Shown here: positions 44,232-54,536 of the stretch, in pieces
Layout: each line of letters starts with the position of its first letter
Position numbering within the stretch: position 1 is the stretch's first letter
Source: Candidatus Binatia bacterium
GTDB taxonomy: Bacteria; Desulfobacterota; Binatia; Bin18
Length of the DNA stretch: 64,000 nucleotides
Assembly: GCA_963664395.2 (NCBI GenBank)
Contig: OY761159.2
Location: 3,872,001-3,936,000 of the forward strand
Reading direction: 5' to 3'
Notes under the pieces: model-generated
Database searches by the model: none
What the model was told of the DNA's origin: nothing
Seen by the model: the letters and a program-made list of their open reading frames with translations, nothing else
Position numbers and translations under genes: made by a program

Positions 44232-45568
44232 TGCGACATCCTGTAAGCTGCTACTCAGATACACTGGCGTGGCTGTATGGGCTCGAAGTCGAGCGTATGG
44301 ATCTCAAACTTGAGCGGACCGCCCTGGCGCTCCGTTTGGGTGATGATCCTCAGCGCCGATTCCCCAGCATTCATATAGCTGGCACGAATGGGAAAGGGTC
44401 TACTGCGGCCGTGTTGCATGCCATCCTCAGTGCTGCCGGGTATCGGGTGGGCTTGTTTACTTCTCCGCATCTGATTGACTTTTGTGAGCGGATTCGGGTT
44501 GGTACTCGGTGGGTCACTCCACAAGAGGTGGTGGATACTGTGGCGGTCATCAAGTCCTGTATCGAGCCGGCGGAGATTCGGCTGACTCCGTTCGAAATGA
44601 TGACGGTGTTGGCTTTTCACATCTTTGCCCAAGCTCGTGTGGATATTGCCATTGTGGAGGTCGGTTTAGGGGGAAGACTAGACGCCACAAATGTTCTAAC
44701 CCCATTGGTGTCTATCATTACCAGTATTGGACTTGACCACCAGCAGTATCTGGGGCCAACTCTGGCTGACATTGCGCGTGAAAAGGGCGGGATTATTAAG
44801 CCCGCCGTACCGGTCGTTCTCGGGAAGCTCGACCGGGGGAGCCACGACATTTTGTCTAGGATGGCCCAGGATCAAGGAAGCGCAACTCTGGCGTATGGCC
44901 AGGACTTTACCCTCGAGAAAAAAGTCTCCGGACAGTATTGCTACAGCGGAAAGCAGTATCAGTATGAGGACCTTCAGCTCTCTCTGAACGGAAAATTTCA
45001 GGCCCGCAATGCCGCGGGTGCCCTGGCGAGTCTGGAATATCTCCAGGACTCTTTCCCTGTCACGGCTGCCCACATTGATGCTGGGTTACAGCTGGTACAC
45101 TGGCCGGGTAGGTTGGACATTGTGTCGACGCAACCCCTTGTCATTCTTGACGGGGCTCATAATATCCAGGCCCTCCAAACGTTACTTGCCGAACTCCCGG
45201 ATCTTGTCTCGAACCAGCGTCCCATTTTTCTCTTTGGGGTCATGCGGGATAAAGAGTGGCGTCCCATGGTAGCCGCCTTAGAGCAGGTCGCTGCAGAGGT
45301 CGTTGTGACCGCGGTAGCGCAGCCGCGGGCCGAAGATCCGTATACTGTGCAAAAGGCTTTTTCTTCCAACCGTTCCGTGCGAGTTGTCGAGGGAGCAGCG
45401 GAAGCCTGTCGACAACTACTGCATCAAGCCGGGCCTCGAGATGCCATTGTGGTGTGTGGCTCGTTGTTCTTGGTTGGAGAAGTATTGCCGCTTTTTCCCG
45501 AAGCCCGGCGTCCCCCCCACGCCTTCCCAGTCCACGCTGCCGATGGTCTGAAAGAACGTAGATGGTGA
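44231..45568 (+). CDS. folC: Folylpolyglutamate/dihydrofolate synthase
   Basis: HIAGTNGKGS, FTSPHL, EVGLGGRLDATN, WPGR, LDGAHN, GSLFLVG. Confidence 0.97.
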   Translation: MRHPVSCYSDTLAWLYGLEVERMDLKLERTALALRLGDDPQRRFPSIHIAGTNGKGSTAAVLHAILSAAGYRVGLFTSPHLIDFCERIRVGTRWVTPQEVVDTVAVIKSCIEPAEIRLTPFEMMTVLAFHIFAQARVDIAIVEVGLGGRLDATNVLTPLVSIITSIGLDHQQYLGPTLADIAREKGGIIKPAVPVVLGKLDRGSHDILSRMAQDQGSATLAYGQDFTLEKKVSGQYCYSGKQYQYEDLQLSLNGKFQARNAAGALASLEYLQDSFPVTAAHIDAGLQLVHWPGRLDIVSTQPLVILDGAHNIQALQTLLAELPDLVSNQRPIFLFGVMRDKEWRPMVAALEQVAAEVVVTAVAQPRAEDPYTVQKAFSSNRSVRVVEGAAEACRQLLHQAGPRDAIVVCGSLFLVGEVLPLFPEARRPPHAFPVHAADGLKERRW

Positions 45569-47766
45569 TGCAAAGAATTTTCTGTTTTCCTCTCTTTCTC
45601 ACTCTTTTTTGGCTCATCCAGGGAGCAGTCGTCTCCGCGCAAGAACCCGTAGTGGTCAATGCTGACACCCTGAACTATGAAGAGGACGGAGAGACGGTGT
45701 CGGCGCAAGGAGACGTCGTTGTCACCAAGGGGAAAACGACGCTCACCGCAGATACGGTTACCGTGAGCCGGACCAAGAATGAACTCAAGGCCCGAGGAAA
45801 TGTCGTGCTGCAAGACCCCCAAGGGACTATTCAGGCTGAGGCGTTGCGACTGGAACTAACGGATGAAACCGGCGAAATTGAAAATGGTACGATTCGTATT
45901 CCCAGTCATCAATATACGATTACCGGCAGGAAACTCCAAAAATCATATGGTCAGACCTACCATATTGAAGACGGAACAGTAACAACATGTGAGTGTGAGA
46001 GCGGAGAAGCCGCGGATTGGAGTCTGGATGCCAACGAATTTGACGTCACGCTCGGTGGAACAGGAAAACTTCGTGGAGGGCTCTTTCGGGTCCGAGACAT
46101 CCCGCTCTTGTATGTCCCCTATGGCGTGATTCCTGTCCGCAAGGAACGACAAAGTGGTGCGCTCGCTCCCCGGTACAGCTTTTCGAGTAAACGCGGCTTC
46201 CAGTGGGAACAACCCTTTTACTGGGCAATGAGTAAGAGTCAGGATCTCACACTCACGGCGGATATTGAAACCTCCTCCCGGGTTGGGTTCTTGGGAGAAT
46301 ACCGCTATGCGCCGAGTGAGCGGGTAGAGGGCGAGTTCTCCGCTTCATATTTTAATGAACAGATTCGTGGGCCAGCTTCGACGACCTCACCTATTAATCG
46401 CTGGAGTGTCACGGGCGCGCATAGACAGCGTTTGCCCGCTGACATGGAGTTGTATAGTGATCTCTTTTTTGTGAGTGACGATTTCTTCTTGCGTGAACTC
46501 AACGTCTCCTTCCATCCAGGACTCGAAGACCGTCAGCTCCGCTCACGGCGATTTACAGACTCCCGAGTTGGCGGCGTGAAAACCTGGAAAAATGCTCAGG
46601 TTCGTTCCGAGGCGCGTTATTATCAAGATTTGCGGAACGATCAGGATGATGCCTTTCAGGTCCTTCCGCATATAAGTTTTCAGGGCCAACGCCGCTTTTG
46701 GAACGACCACATTGAAACCGGTGTGAGCATACAAGGAAGCCATTTCTTTCGGAATCGTGGCTACTACGGCCAACGCTTTGATCTTGCTCCCTGGGTATCA
46801 ATCCCATTCTCCTTAGGCCGATATGTCTATGGCTCAGTCAAGGCGACTGGGCGGGAAACAGTCTACCATATGAGTTCCCGCGCTCGTGGGCGACCGACCG
46901 TGCCTGGGTCTGGACACCTGAAGAGCACGCAAACCAGAGAGATGGTCCGGCTTCAGGCTGAGCTCGGAACACGCCTCTCTCGGGTGTTCGATGTCGGCTG
47001 GGGGCGCGTGAGCAAACTCCAGCACGTTATCGAGCCGCAGGTCTCGTTTTCCTATGTCCCCCAGGTTGGCCAGGATGACCTGCCACTCTATGATGCGCTC
47101 GACCGGATGAACCGACGCAGTCTCTTTGTGTATGGTGTTTCAAACAGGCTGCTTGGAAAATTTGACCCGCTCCCCGGCGCTTCCAATCGGCAAGCCCGCG
47201 TCCGTGAGCTGATTCGTTTATCGGTGACCCATGCCTATGATCCGAGCCGGCGTCTGCGAGAAGAGGGCGAGCGATTTGGCCTGAGTGAGACGGACCAGCA
47301 TTTTTCTGATATGGACATCAGGGCACATATCCGTCCCTTCTCACTCTTTACCATCGCAGCGGAGACGACGTATGATGTCGATCAAGGGGATATGATTGCC
47401 GCCCGCATTGGTGGGCATATACGCGATCCACGCCCGCTCCCCGAGACGAGCCCGTTGCTGCGCCATCTGCGTCGACGGACGAGTATCGGGGTTTCGTATC
47501 GGACAATTGCCGACCGGTTGCTGAAAGAGGTCAATTCCCGGGTTATCCTCCGATTGAACGAATATCTGACGGCAGCCTATTTCACGCGCTATGATCTGAA
47601 TGATAAATCGTTTATTGGGTCGCGCTATTTCTTTCGTGTCCTCTCTCCGCAGAAGTGTTGGACGTTTGATTTCGGGGTTGTTGAGAAGGTCAACCCTGAT
47701 GAGGTTGAGTTTCGTTTTTCCTTGTCGTTGGTTGGCATTACTTCAGCCGGAAAGGGCTCATTTTGA
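45568..47766 (+). CDS. lptD: LPS assembly outer-membrane protein LptD
   Basis: Signal peptide, OstA-like N-domain, TTC..W motif, R.SG.L.P, QPFYWA, HVIEPQV beta-barrel features; start 45562 or 45568. Confidence 0.88.
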   Translation: MQRIFCFPLFLTLFWLIQGAVVSAQEPVVVNADTLNYEEDGETVSAQGDVVVTKGKTTLTADTVTVSRTKNELKARGNVVLQDPQGTIQAEALRLELTDETGEIENGTIRIPSHQYTITGRKLQKSYGQTYHIEDGTVTTCECESGEAADWSLDANEFDVTLGGTGKLRGGLFRVRDIPLLYVPYGVIPVRKERQSGALAPRYSFSSKRGFQWEQPFYWAMSKSQDLTLTADIETSSRVGFLGEYRYAPSERVEGEFSASYFNEQIRGPASTTSPINRWSVTGAHRQRLPADMELYSDLFFVSDDFFLRELNVSFHPGLEDRQLRSRRFTDSRVGGVKTWKNAQVRSEARYYQDLRNDQDDAFQVLPHISFQGQRRFWNDHIETGVSIQGSHFFRNRGYYGQRFDLAPWVSIPFSLGRYVYGSVKATGRETVYHMSSRARGRPTVPGSGHLKSTQTREMVRLQAELGTRLSRVFDVGWGRVSKLQHVIEPQVSFSYVPQVGQDDLPLYDALDRMNRRSLFVYGVSNRLLGKFDPLPGASNRQARVRELIRLSVTHAYDPSRRLREEGERFGLSETDQHFSDMDIRAHIRPFSLFTIAAETTYDVDQGDMIAARIGGHIRDPRPLPETSPLLRHLRRRTSIGVSYRTIADRLLKEVNSRVILRLNEYLTAAYFTRYDLNDKSFIGSRYFFRVLSPQKCWTFDFGVVEKVNPDEVEFRFSLSLVGITSAGKGSF

Positions 47767-47826
47767 GAGAGGTGCGTGACCCTTCGCTCTGGGATAGCCT
47801 CATCGAGACAGCTGCATCGGATCGCT

Positions 47827-48306
47827 ATGCAAAAGATTTTTTCTGGAGAACAGCTGGCAGAGCAGCTCGCTCGACTGCGCCGTCAGGGTAAACGCCTCGT
47901 CTTTACTAACGGCTGTTTCGACCTGATGCATGTCGGTCATGTCCATACGCTGGCTCAGGCAAAGACGTTTGGCGACATCCTTGTGGTTGGTATTAATACC
48001 GATGCCTCCGTCAAACGACTGAAGGGAGACAAACGGCCGATTCTGGATCAAACAAGTCGTTTGATCCTGCTGGCCGCCCTTGAAGTCGTTGACTATGTGA
48101 CAACGTTCGAAGAAGACACGCCGCTCACACTGATTCGTACTCTTCAACCGCATATCCTGGTCAAAGGGGGAGATTGGAAGCCTGAGGCTGTAATAGGAAA
48201 AGAGGTCGTTGAACACACCGGTGGGCGGGTTGTTGCCGTACGTTATCAGGATGGCTTTTCAACCACAAATCTGATTGAACGTATTCTTGTAGCCTATCAG
48301 GAATAA
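47827..48306 (+). CDS. rfaE2: D-glycero-beta-D-manno-heptose 1-phosphate adenylyltransferase (RfaE domain II / HldC)
   Basis: [40 protein letters not shown]. Confidence 0.95.
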   Translation: MQKIFSGEQLAEQLARLRRQGKRLVFTNGCFDLMHVGHVHTLAQAKTFGDILVVGINTDASVKRLKGDKRPILDQTSRLILLAALEVVDYVTTFEEDTPLTLIRTLQPHILVKGGDWKPEAVIGKEVVEHTGGRVVAVRYQDGFSTTNLIERILVAYQE

Positions 48307-48376
48307 AGGCTCTGCTTTCCTGTGTTGCGCGGGTGTCACGCCTGTGGTACACACAGATGCTTTCAGGAGGAATGCT

Positions 48377-48568
48377 GTGGCCCGGAGATGTGAAATTTGT
48401 GGAAAAGGCCCCTCAGTGGGCAATAAGGTGAGTCACGCCAATAACAAGACGAAACGCCGCTGGTTACCCAACCTGCAACGGGTGAAGGCAAAAGTCGAAG
48501 GTTCGGTGAAGCGTCTGCGCGTCTGTACGCGTTGTATCCGTTCTGGGAAAATTGTAAAGACGGCGTAA
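48377..48568 (+). CDS. rpmB: 50S ribosomal protein L28
   Basis: [37 protein letters not shown]; GTG after AGGAGG. Confidence 0.97.
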   Translation: MARRCEICGKGPSVGNKVSHANNKTKRRWLPNLQRVKAKVEGSVKRLRVCTRCIRSGKIVKTA

Positions 48569-48661
48569 AAGCTGGCTCACTTTTCCTCTCTAGCTCAGTA
48601 GCCCGCCGCCCATCTTTTTTCCACTGGTCTCCAAGGGGAAGAAACCCGGTGAAACGCCGCC

Positions 48662-50815
48662 TTAGGGCACCACGCGGGACACTTTGACCACACCTCTCAC
48701 CCGCTCCAAGTTGCGCATGACGCGCTGAAGATCGTCGGCGCTCGGGATGAGAACTTCAAATACGTTGAGGGCGCGTTTATCCGAAAGGGTCCTGACATTG
48801 GCACTGGCGATATTGAGGCCAACTGTGCTGATTGCTTTACTCATATTGGTCAGGAGGCCGGTCCGGTCTTCGGACAGGACTTCGATTTTGACGAGACGCG
48901 CATAATCCGTGGCGGGATCCCAACTGACGGTAATATGCCGTTGGGGGTCACTCTCCAGCAGGCGCTGACAGGAGATAATATGAACGGTGACTCCTCTGCC
49001 TCGCGTGATAACGCCCACAATGCGTTCTCCGGGAAGCGGGTTGCAACAGCGCCCAAACCGGATCAGGACATTCTCGATCCCACCGACCTGCACGCCACTT
49101 GAATCCTCCGATGGAGGTTTTTGGCGAATTTTTTCAAGCTCGATTGCGTCTGCCGTCTGACCGGGCATCTCGGGGGATTGGGGAAGGAGGTGGCCTAGCA
49201 CCTGCCCTGCTGTCACTTGTCCATAACCCATGGCCGCGAAAAGTGTTTCTTCATTGCTGAATCCGAGCACCGCTAGCGCTGGCTCGATCCTGTGCTGTTT
49301 GCGCACGGTGGTCAGCGAGGTGTGACTGCGGGCTAACTCCCGCTCAAGGAGTTCTTGCCCAAGGGTAATACTACGTTCTCGCTGCTCTTCTTTGAGCCAG
49401 TGTCGAATCCGCGCCTTGGCCTTCGGGGTTTTGACGATTTTCAGCCAGTCTTTACTGGGCGACTGCTGTTTGGTTGTCACGATTTCGATAGCGTCACCGT
49501 TTTGGACCTGATACCGCAGGGGGACTTGGCGTCCATTCACTTTGGCGCCGGTGCAATGATTACCGACTTCTGAGTGAATGCGGTAGGCAAAATCGATGAC
49601 TGAGGCGCCACGCGGGAAACTATTGAGGTCGCCTTGCGGGGTGAAGGCGTACACTTCTTCGGTAAAGAGGTCTTCTTTGATGGTATGGAGAAATTCTTGG
49701 GGGTCTTGGACGTGCTGTTGCAACTCAACAAGTTGGCGCAGCCAGGCGAAGCGCTGTGCTTCCTCCTGCCCTTGGCCATCTTTATAGGTCCAGTGGGCAG
49801 CTATCCCTTCCTCTGCTACCCGATGCATCTCGTGTGTCCGAATCTGAACTTCGATCCGTTCACTATATGGTCCAATGACTGTGGTATGGAGGGACTGGTA
49901 CATATTCGCTTTGGGCAGGGCGATATAATCCTTAAACCGGCCAGGAACTGGACGCCAGTGACTGTGGACTATCCCTAACGCTTGATAACATTCACGCACG
50001 GATTGCACGATAATACGGAAGCCTACCAGGTCATAAATCTGACTGAAGACCAGCTTTTGAGACTGCATTTTTTGATAAATTGAATAAAAATGCTTAGGTC
50101 GGCCGGAGACTTGTGCCTTAATGTTGGCCTCAGCTAATTTCTCTTTCAGGATACCAATGACGTCGGCAGTGTATTGCTTCCGCTCGCTCTTCTTCTTGAT
50201 AATATTCCGCTTCAGTTCCGAGTAAACCTTTGGATATATATAGCGCAGGGCATTATCCTCGAGTTCATTCTTCATCCAATAGATGCCCAAACGGTGGGCG
50301 AGGGGAGCATAAATTTCTAGCGTCTCCGACGAAATCTCACGTTGTTTGTCCTCGCTGAGATAAGAGAGTGTCCGCATATTATGCGTGCGGTCGGCGAGCT
50401 TCACCAGAATCACTCGGATATCTTGGGCCATCGCAAAAATCATTTTCCGAAAATTTTCGGCCTGGCGTTCTTCACGAGTTGTAAAGTGAATCTTGCTGAT
50501 CTTTGTCACCCCATCGACCAGGGCCGCGACCTCATTGCCGAAATGCTGTTCGATCTGATCGAGCGTGGTTAAGGTATCCTCCACCGTGTCGTGCAGCAGG
50601 CTGGTCACCACGCTCGGCACATCGAGCTTCATATCCGTAATAATTTCAGCCACTCCAACCGGATGGATAAAGTAGGGCTCGCCAGAGTGACGTTTCTGAC
50701 CTTGATGCATACGTTCTGAAAATGTGTACGCATCTGTGATAAGGCTGACTCTCGCCTCAGGATGATAGGACTGGACCTTCGTAACAATCTTATCCAAGTC
50801 TGGGTGTTGGCTCAT
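48662..50815 (-). CDS. rel: Bifunctional (p)ppGpp synthetase/hydrolase (long RSH, Rel)
   Basis: SGEPYFIHP, intact LHDTVED hydrolase site, GRFKDY, YQSLHT, EVQIRT, TGS, CCNP and ACT domains; ATG 50815 overlaps gmk stop. Confidence 0.97.
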   Translation of the reverse strand: MSQHPDLDKIVTKVQSYHPEARVSLITDAYTFSERMHQGQKRHSGEPYFIHPVGVAEIITDMKLDVPSVVTSLLHDTVEDTLTTLDQIEQHFGNEVAALVDGVTKISKIHFTTREERQAENFRKMIFAMAQDIRVILVKLADRTHNMRTLSYLSEDKQREISSETLEIYAPLAHRLGIYWMKNELEDNALRYIYPKVYSELKRNIIKKKSERKQYTADVIGILKEKLAEANIKAQVSGRPKHFYSIYQKMQSQKLVFSQIYDLVGFRIIVQSVRECYQALGIVHSHWRPVPGRFKDYIALPKANMYQSLHTTVIGPYSERIEVQIRTHEMHRVAEEGIAAHWTYKDGQGQEEAQRFAWLRQLVELQQHVQDPQEFLHTIKEDLFTEEVYAFTPQGDLNSFPRGASVIDFAYRIHSEVGNHCTGAKVNGRQVPLRYQVQNGDAIEIVTTKQQSPSKDWLKIVKTPKAKARIRHWLKEEQRERSITLGQELLERELARSHTSLTTVRKQHRIEPALAVLGFSNEETLFAAMGYGQVTAGQVLGHLLPQSPEMPGQTADAIELEKIRQKPPSEDSSGVQVGGIENVLIRFGRCCNPLPGERIVGVITRGRGVTVHIISCQRLLESDPQRHITVSWDPATDYARLVKIEVLSEDRTGLLTNMSKAISTVGLNIASANVRTLSDKRALNVFEVLIPSADDLQRVMRNLERVRGVVKVSRVVP

Positions 50816-51486
50816 TCGGTCCCTATGTGCGGCGCGTAGCGCGTTGAATGCGCGGAATCGGTACGCATGGGAGCGATGTCCAGGCGTGATACGCGGATTC
50901 TTTCGGCAGAGAGAATGGCGTGCAACGCCGCCACACCATTCTCGACCCGATCGTTGATGACGCAATAGTCGTATCGGGCTAATGCCAGAGCCTCCTCCGG
51001 CGCGCGTCGAATGCGTCGCATAATGGCTTCTTCCTCGTCAGTCCCACGCTCTCGCAGGCGGTCTTCCAGTTTCTGCCACGAAGGCGGCAGAATAAAAACA
51101 AGCACGGCCTCTGGATAGCACAGCTTGAGCTGTTCAGCCCCCTGGACATCAATGTCCAGCAGGAGGTCTTGACCAGTATTGAGCGTGGTATCAATAGTCG
51201 TGCGCATCGTACCGTAGTAGGCCCTGTGGACCTGAGCCCATTCTGCAAAGGCACCCTGGTCCCGAAGCGAAAGAAAAGTCTCCTCACTCACAAAGTGATA
51301 ATCTTTGCCATCTACTTCCCCTGCTCGACTGGGGCGGGTGGTATACGAAATTGACCAAGCGAGGTTGGCCGTTCTCGCCATCAGTTCACGCGCCAGGGTG
51401 GTTTTGCCCGCACCAGAGGGGGCTGACAGGATCAGAAGAATCCCACGTCGGGAGAAGTTCAAACGTTGATCAGCATCGTCCAGCAT
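50812..51486 (-). CDS. gmk: Guanylate kinase
   Basis: SAPSGAGKTT, SYTTR..R.GEVDG.DYHF, DIDVQGA, FILPPS. Confidence 0.97.
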   Translation of the reverse strand: MLDDADQRLNFSRRGILLILSAPSGAGKTTLARELMARTANLAWSISYTTRPSRAGEVDGKDYHFVSEETFLSLRDQGAFAEWAQVHRAYYGTMRTTIDTTLNTGQDLLLDIDVQGAEQLKLCYPEAVLVFILPPSWQKLEDRLRERGTDEEEAIMRRIRRAPEEALALARYDYCVINDRVENGVAALHAILSAERIRVSRLDIAPMRTDSAHSTRYAPHIGTE

Positions 51487-51489
51487 ACA

Positions 51490-52365
51490 TTATTCTATAT
51501 TCTGCACCTGTTCGCGAATTTTTTCCACCTCTCCCTTAGCTTGCACAACGAGATGGCGGATAGACGCATCATCTGCCTTGGCGCCGATCGTGTTCACCTC
51601 ACGTTGCATCTCCTGGAGGAGAAAGTCCATACGCTTCCCAACGGACTCCTCCAGCCGGAAGAGATCAGAAAACGCACCGAGATGGCTTTGGAGCCGGACG
51701 CATTCCTCGGTGATATCGCTCTTTTGGGCCAGGCTCGCCACATCTTGCAGGACGCGACGCCGCTCAGCGTCGAGATGGGGCAAGAGCGCGGTGACCTTGT
51801 CTGCCAATTTCTGGCGTGTGGCCTGTTGGGTGTGTGCACTGCGCCGCTCGACACTCCGACGTATTTTTTCAAGAGTCGCAATCCGCCCCCGGAGATCGCG
51901 TTGCAGAAATTTCCCTTCACGCCGGCGTTGGCGTCCCAGCGCGGTGAGTGCACGCTGTAGCGCTTTCTTTGACGCGTCAATTTCGGCACTGGAGAGTTGG
52001 TGCGCTTCGGCGACCTGAAATACTTCTGGCCGGGACATAAAAAACTGGATAGTAAGATCTCCACCGAGGTCGAGCGCACCCTTGAGTTTCTTCGCCGCCT
52101 GTAGATACGCTCGCGCGAGCTCGGTATTGGGAACAACCGAATACGAGCGCACTGTCTGCCCTGAGAGCGTGAGGAAGACTTCAATCCGCCCACGCTTCAC
52201 CTGCGTGGCAACCATCGCCCGCAATTCGTCCTCGACTGCGAGAAAGCCGCGGGGCAGGTGTAGTTTAACTTCGAGAAAACGGTGATTGACTGCACGGGCG
52301 TCGACCGTCGCACGTCCGCCCGAAAAGGCGCAGCTCCCGCTACCAAACCCGGTCATGCTTTTCAT
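51490..52365 (-). CDS. yicC: YicC/YloC family endoribonuclease
   Basis: MKSMTGFG, VNHRFLE, DITEECVRL.SH, GKRMDFLLQEM.REVNTIG.K, EKIREQVQNIE; ATG 52365. Confidence 0.96.
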   Translation of the reverse strand: MKSMTGFGSGSCAFSGGRATVDARAVNHRFLEVKLHLPRGFLAVEDELRAMVATQVKRGRIEVFLTLSGQTVRSYSVVPNTELARAYLQAAKKLKGALDLGGDLTIQFFMSRPEVFQVAEAHQLSSAEIDASKKALQRALTALGRQRRREGKFLQRDLRGRIATLEKIRRSVERRSAHTQQATRQKLADKVTALLPHLDAERRRVLQDVASLAQKSDITEECVRLQSHLGAFSDLFRLEESVGKRMDFLLQEMQREVNTIGAKADDASIRHLVVQAKGEVEKIREQVQNIE

Positions 52366-53375
52366 TGGTGGGGTGTCCTTAATACTGTTTTCAATTCCTT
52401 CAGATTGACGGTTGCCGTACCGACTTTGCCGACCACGATGCCAGCCGCGTGATTGGCGAGAATAGTGGCGACTTCGAGCCCGGCGCCCGCCCCCAGGGCG
52501 AGTGCGCAAACGGCAATGACCGTATCGCCTGCCCCTGTGACGTCAAAGACCTCATGGGCGGTGGTTGGGAAATGCGCCACCCGGCGATCTGGTTGAAATA
52601 AGCTCATGCCTTCTTCACCACGAGACACAAGAACAGCCTCCGTGTCCCACAGGTCAAGGAGTTGGATTCCGGCCTGTTGCAAGGCAACGTCGCTCACAAT
52701 GTCGATCTGGGTGGCTTGTCCTGCTTCCTCTTTATTGGGCTTGATGAGACTCGCCCCTCGATAGTGAACGAAATTCTGGCGTTTCGGATCTATCACGTAC
52801 ACAAAGCCGAGTTGCGTCCGTAGGGTGGCTAACAGGTCGAGGAGCTCGGCCTCAATCAGCCCTTTGCCATAGTCCGACACCACACAGACATCAAAGTCGT
52901 GTATGTGTCGCTGGATAAAGGCGCGCAGGCGCGCCCGTACGCGTGCGCTGAGGATATCGGTAGGCTCGCGATCCAGTCGGACTACTTGCTGGCTGTGGGC
53001 AATGATACGGGTTTTGCTAATCGTCTCATACGGACTACTTGTCACGATCCCTTCGACTCCTGCACCGTGTCTGCGTAACTCTCTTCGGAGGAGCTGGCCC
53101 GCCTGATCCTTGCCTACGACGCCACAGACCGTCACACTGCCGCCCAGGGCGCGGATGTTGGTCACCACATTCCCGGCTCCTCCGGCGTGTAGGCTCTCTC
53201 GCGTGACCCGTACAACAGGAACCGGTGCTTCGGGTGAGATGCGGTTGACCTGACCCCAAATATACCGATCCAGCATCAGGTCGCCAATGACCAGTACCCG
53301 AACGCCTGAGAAGCGGGGGAGTATGGAGGCGAGTTTGCCGAACGACTGACGTCGATGAGAAAACGGGGACTTCAT
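52362..53375 (-). CDS. rfaE1: D-glycero-beta-D-manno-heptose-7-phosphate kinase (RfaE domain I / HldA)
   Basis: GDLMLDRY.WG...RISPEAPVPVV, SDYGKG, DVTGAGDTV, VGKVGTA. Confidence 0.96.
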   Translation of the reverse strand: MKSPFSHRRQSFGKLASILPRFSGVRVLVIGDLMLDRYIWGQVNRISPEAPVPVVRVTRESLHAGGAGNVVTNIRALGGSVTVCGVVGKDQAGQLLRRELRRHGAGVEGIVTSSPYETISKTRIIAHSQQVVRLDREPTDILSARVRARLRAFIQRHIHDFDVCVVSDYGKGLIEAELLDLLATLRTQLGFVYVIDPKRQNFVHYRGASLIKPNKEEAGQATQIDIVSDVALQQAGIQLLDLWDTEAVLVSRGEEGMSLFQPDRRVAHFPTTAHEVFDVTGAGDTVIAVCALALGAGAGLEVATILANHAAGIVVGKVGTATVNLKELKTVLRTPHQ

Positions 53376-53393
53376 AGCGATCCTTTCAGTCTC

Positions 53394-54536
53394 TCACGAT
53401 GCTGGAGCCAGGAGTTCGTAATAGAGGGCTTCATTGGCGCGCGCCGTTGTCTCGATATCAAAATACGTCCGGACTCTGGTTTGTCCCTGGGTGCCTAAAG
53501 TCTTCGCCCAGTCAGGACGGTGCACGCACTGGAGGAGAGCTTTCCGTAAGGCTGAGGGATCCTGGGCCGGTATCAGGAGACCAGTTTCTCCATCGGTTAT
53601 GAGCTCAGGAATACCACCAACCCGGCTTGCCACCACAGGGAGACCCGCCGCCAGCGCTTCAATAACGGCGACGCCCAGGCCTTCCCAGACAGGAGTGTGG
53701 ACGAAAATATCTGCGGCAGCTAGATACGCGGGCACGTCTCGACAAAATCCAGCAAAGTGAAACACGGAAGCCAAGCCAAGCGCTCGCACTCGGGCTTCTA
53801 ATTCCTGCCGGAGTGGTCCATCCCCGCAGATGAGGTAATGGAGGGATCGCGCTTGGCCGGTCTGCTCAGCGGACTGACCCTGTTGACGGTAGGAGTGGAG
53901 CTGGGCGGCTGCTTCGATCAGTGTGTGAGGCGATTTGCGCTGCGTCAGCGCACCGGCCATGAGAATAACCGTAGTATCCTCGCCGAGTCCGTATTGGCGT
54001 CGCATAGCCCTGCGTTGGGCGGCAGTTGGCCGAAACTGCGTGGTGTCAATCCCGCTCGGGATGATACGGATGGGCCTGTCGGAAACAGGCGCGGTTCCCA
54101 GTGCCGCCGCTACGCCCGAGGAGATCGCGATGATCATGTCAACTTGGTTGCCATACAGAAGCCGACTCCACCACCCCGTCTTGATCGGATAATCCATCCG
54201 ACGCGTGACCAGGCGGCGAACTGGCAGGGCGTGGAGCCACGGGCTGAGGGCATGGGCTCTGGCCGTATGAAAATGCACCAGATCGTAATATTCCCTACGG
54301 ACTAGACGGCGTAGCCGCCAGCCCGCCAGGCCATCAAGATGATTACGGACCGAGAGAGGCTGAACGGTGAGGTGGTCGTGTTGGAGGCGCTGAGCCAAGA
54401 CGCCGTGCAGCGGAGTTGCCACGTGGGAGACATGGCCAGCTCGGTGGAGATAGCGGGTCAGGCCCAACACTTGGGCCTCGCCGCCTCCCCAATTCCGCTC
54501 TGGGTCAACGTGCAGAATCCGTAACCGGCGTGTCAT
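53394..54536 (-). CDS. Glycosyltransferase family 4 (LPS core)
   Basis: ILHVD..WGGGE.Q, EGLGVAVIEALAAGLPVVASRVGGIPE (EX7E); start moved to ATG 54536. Confidence 0.93.
   Translation of the reverse strand: MTRRLRILHVDPERNWGGGEAQVLGLTRYLHRAGHVSHVATPLHGVLAQRLQHDHLTVQPLSVRNHLDGLAGWRLRRLVRREYYDLVHFHTARAHALSPWLHALPVRRLVTRRMDYPIKTGWWSRLLYGNQVDMIIAISSGVAAALGTAPVSDRPIRIIPSGIDTTQFRPTAAQRRAMRRQYGLGEDTTVILMAGALTQRKSPHTLIEAAAQLHSYRQQGQSAEQTGQARSLHYLICGDGPLRQELEARVRALGLASVFHFAGFCRDVPAYLAAADIFVHTPVWEGLGVAVIEALAAGLPVVASRVGGIPELITDGETGLLIPAQDPSALRKALLQCVHRPDWAKTLGTQGQTRVRTYFDIETTARANEALYYELLAPAS

Noticed and set aside
50816-52509. Long N-terminal extensions on Rel and YicC in the ORF track (likewise LptG, NusG, L17, TrpB, LpxK)
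   Set aside because: Artefacts of choosing the farthest start; family-typical N-termini begin at downstream ATGs, several with stop/start overlaps or RBSs.
47827-53375. Split hldE (separate kinase and adenylyltransferase genes) as a novelty
   Set aside because: Separate HldA/HldC genes are common outside enterobacteria.
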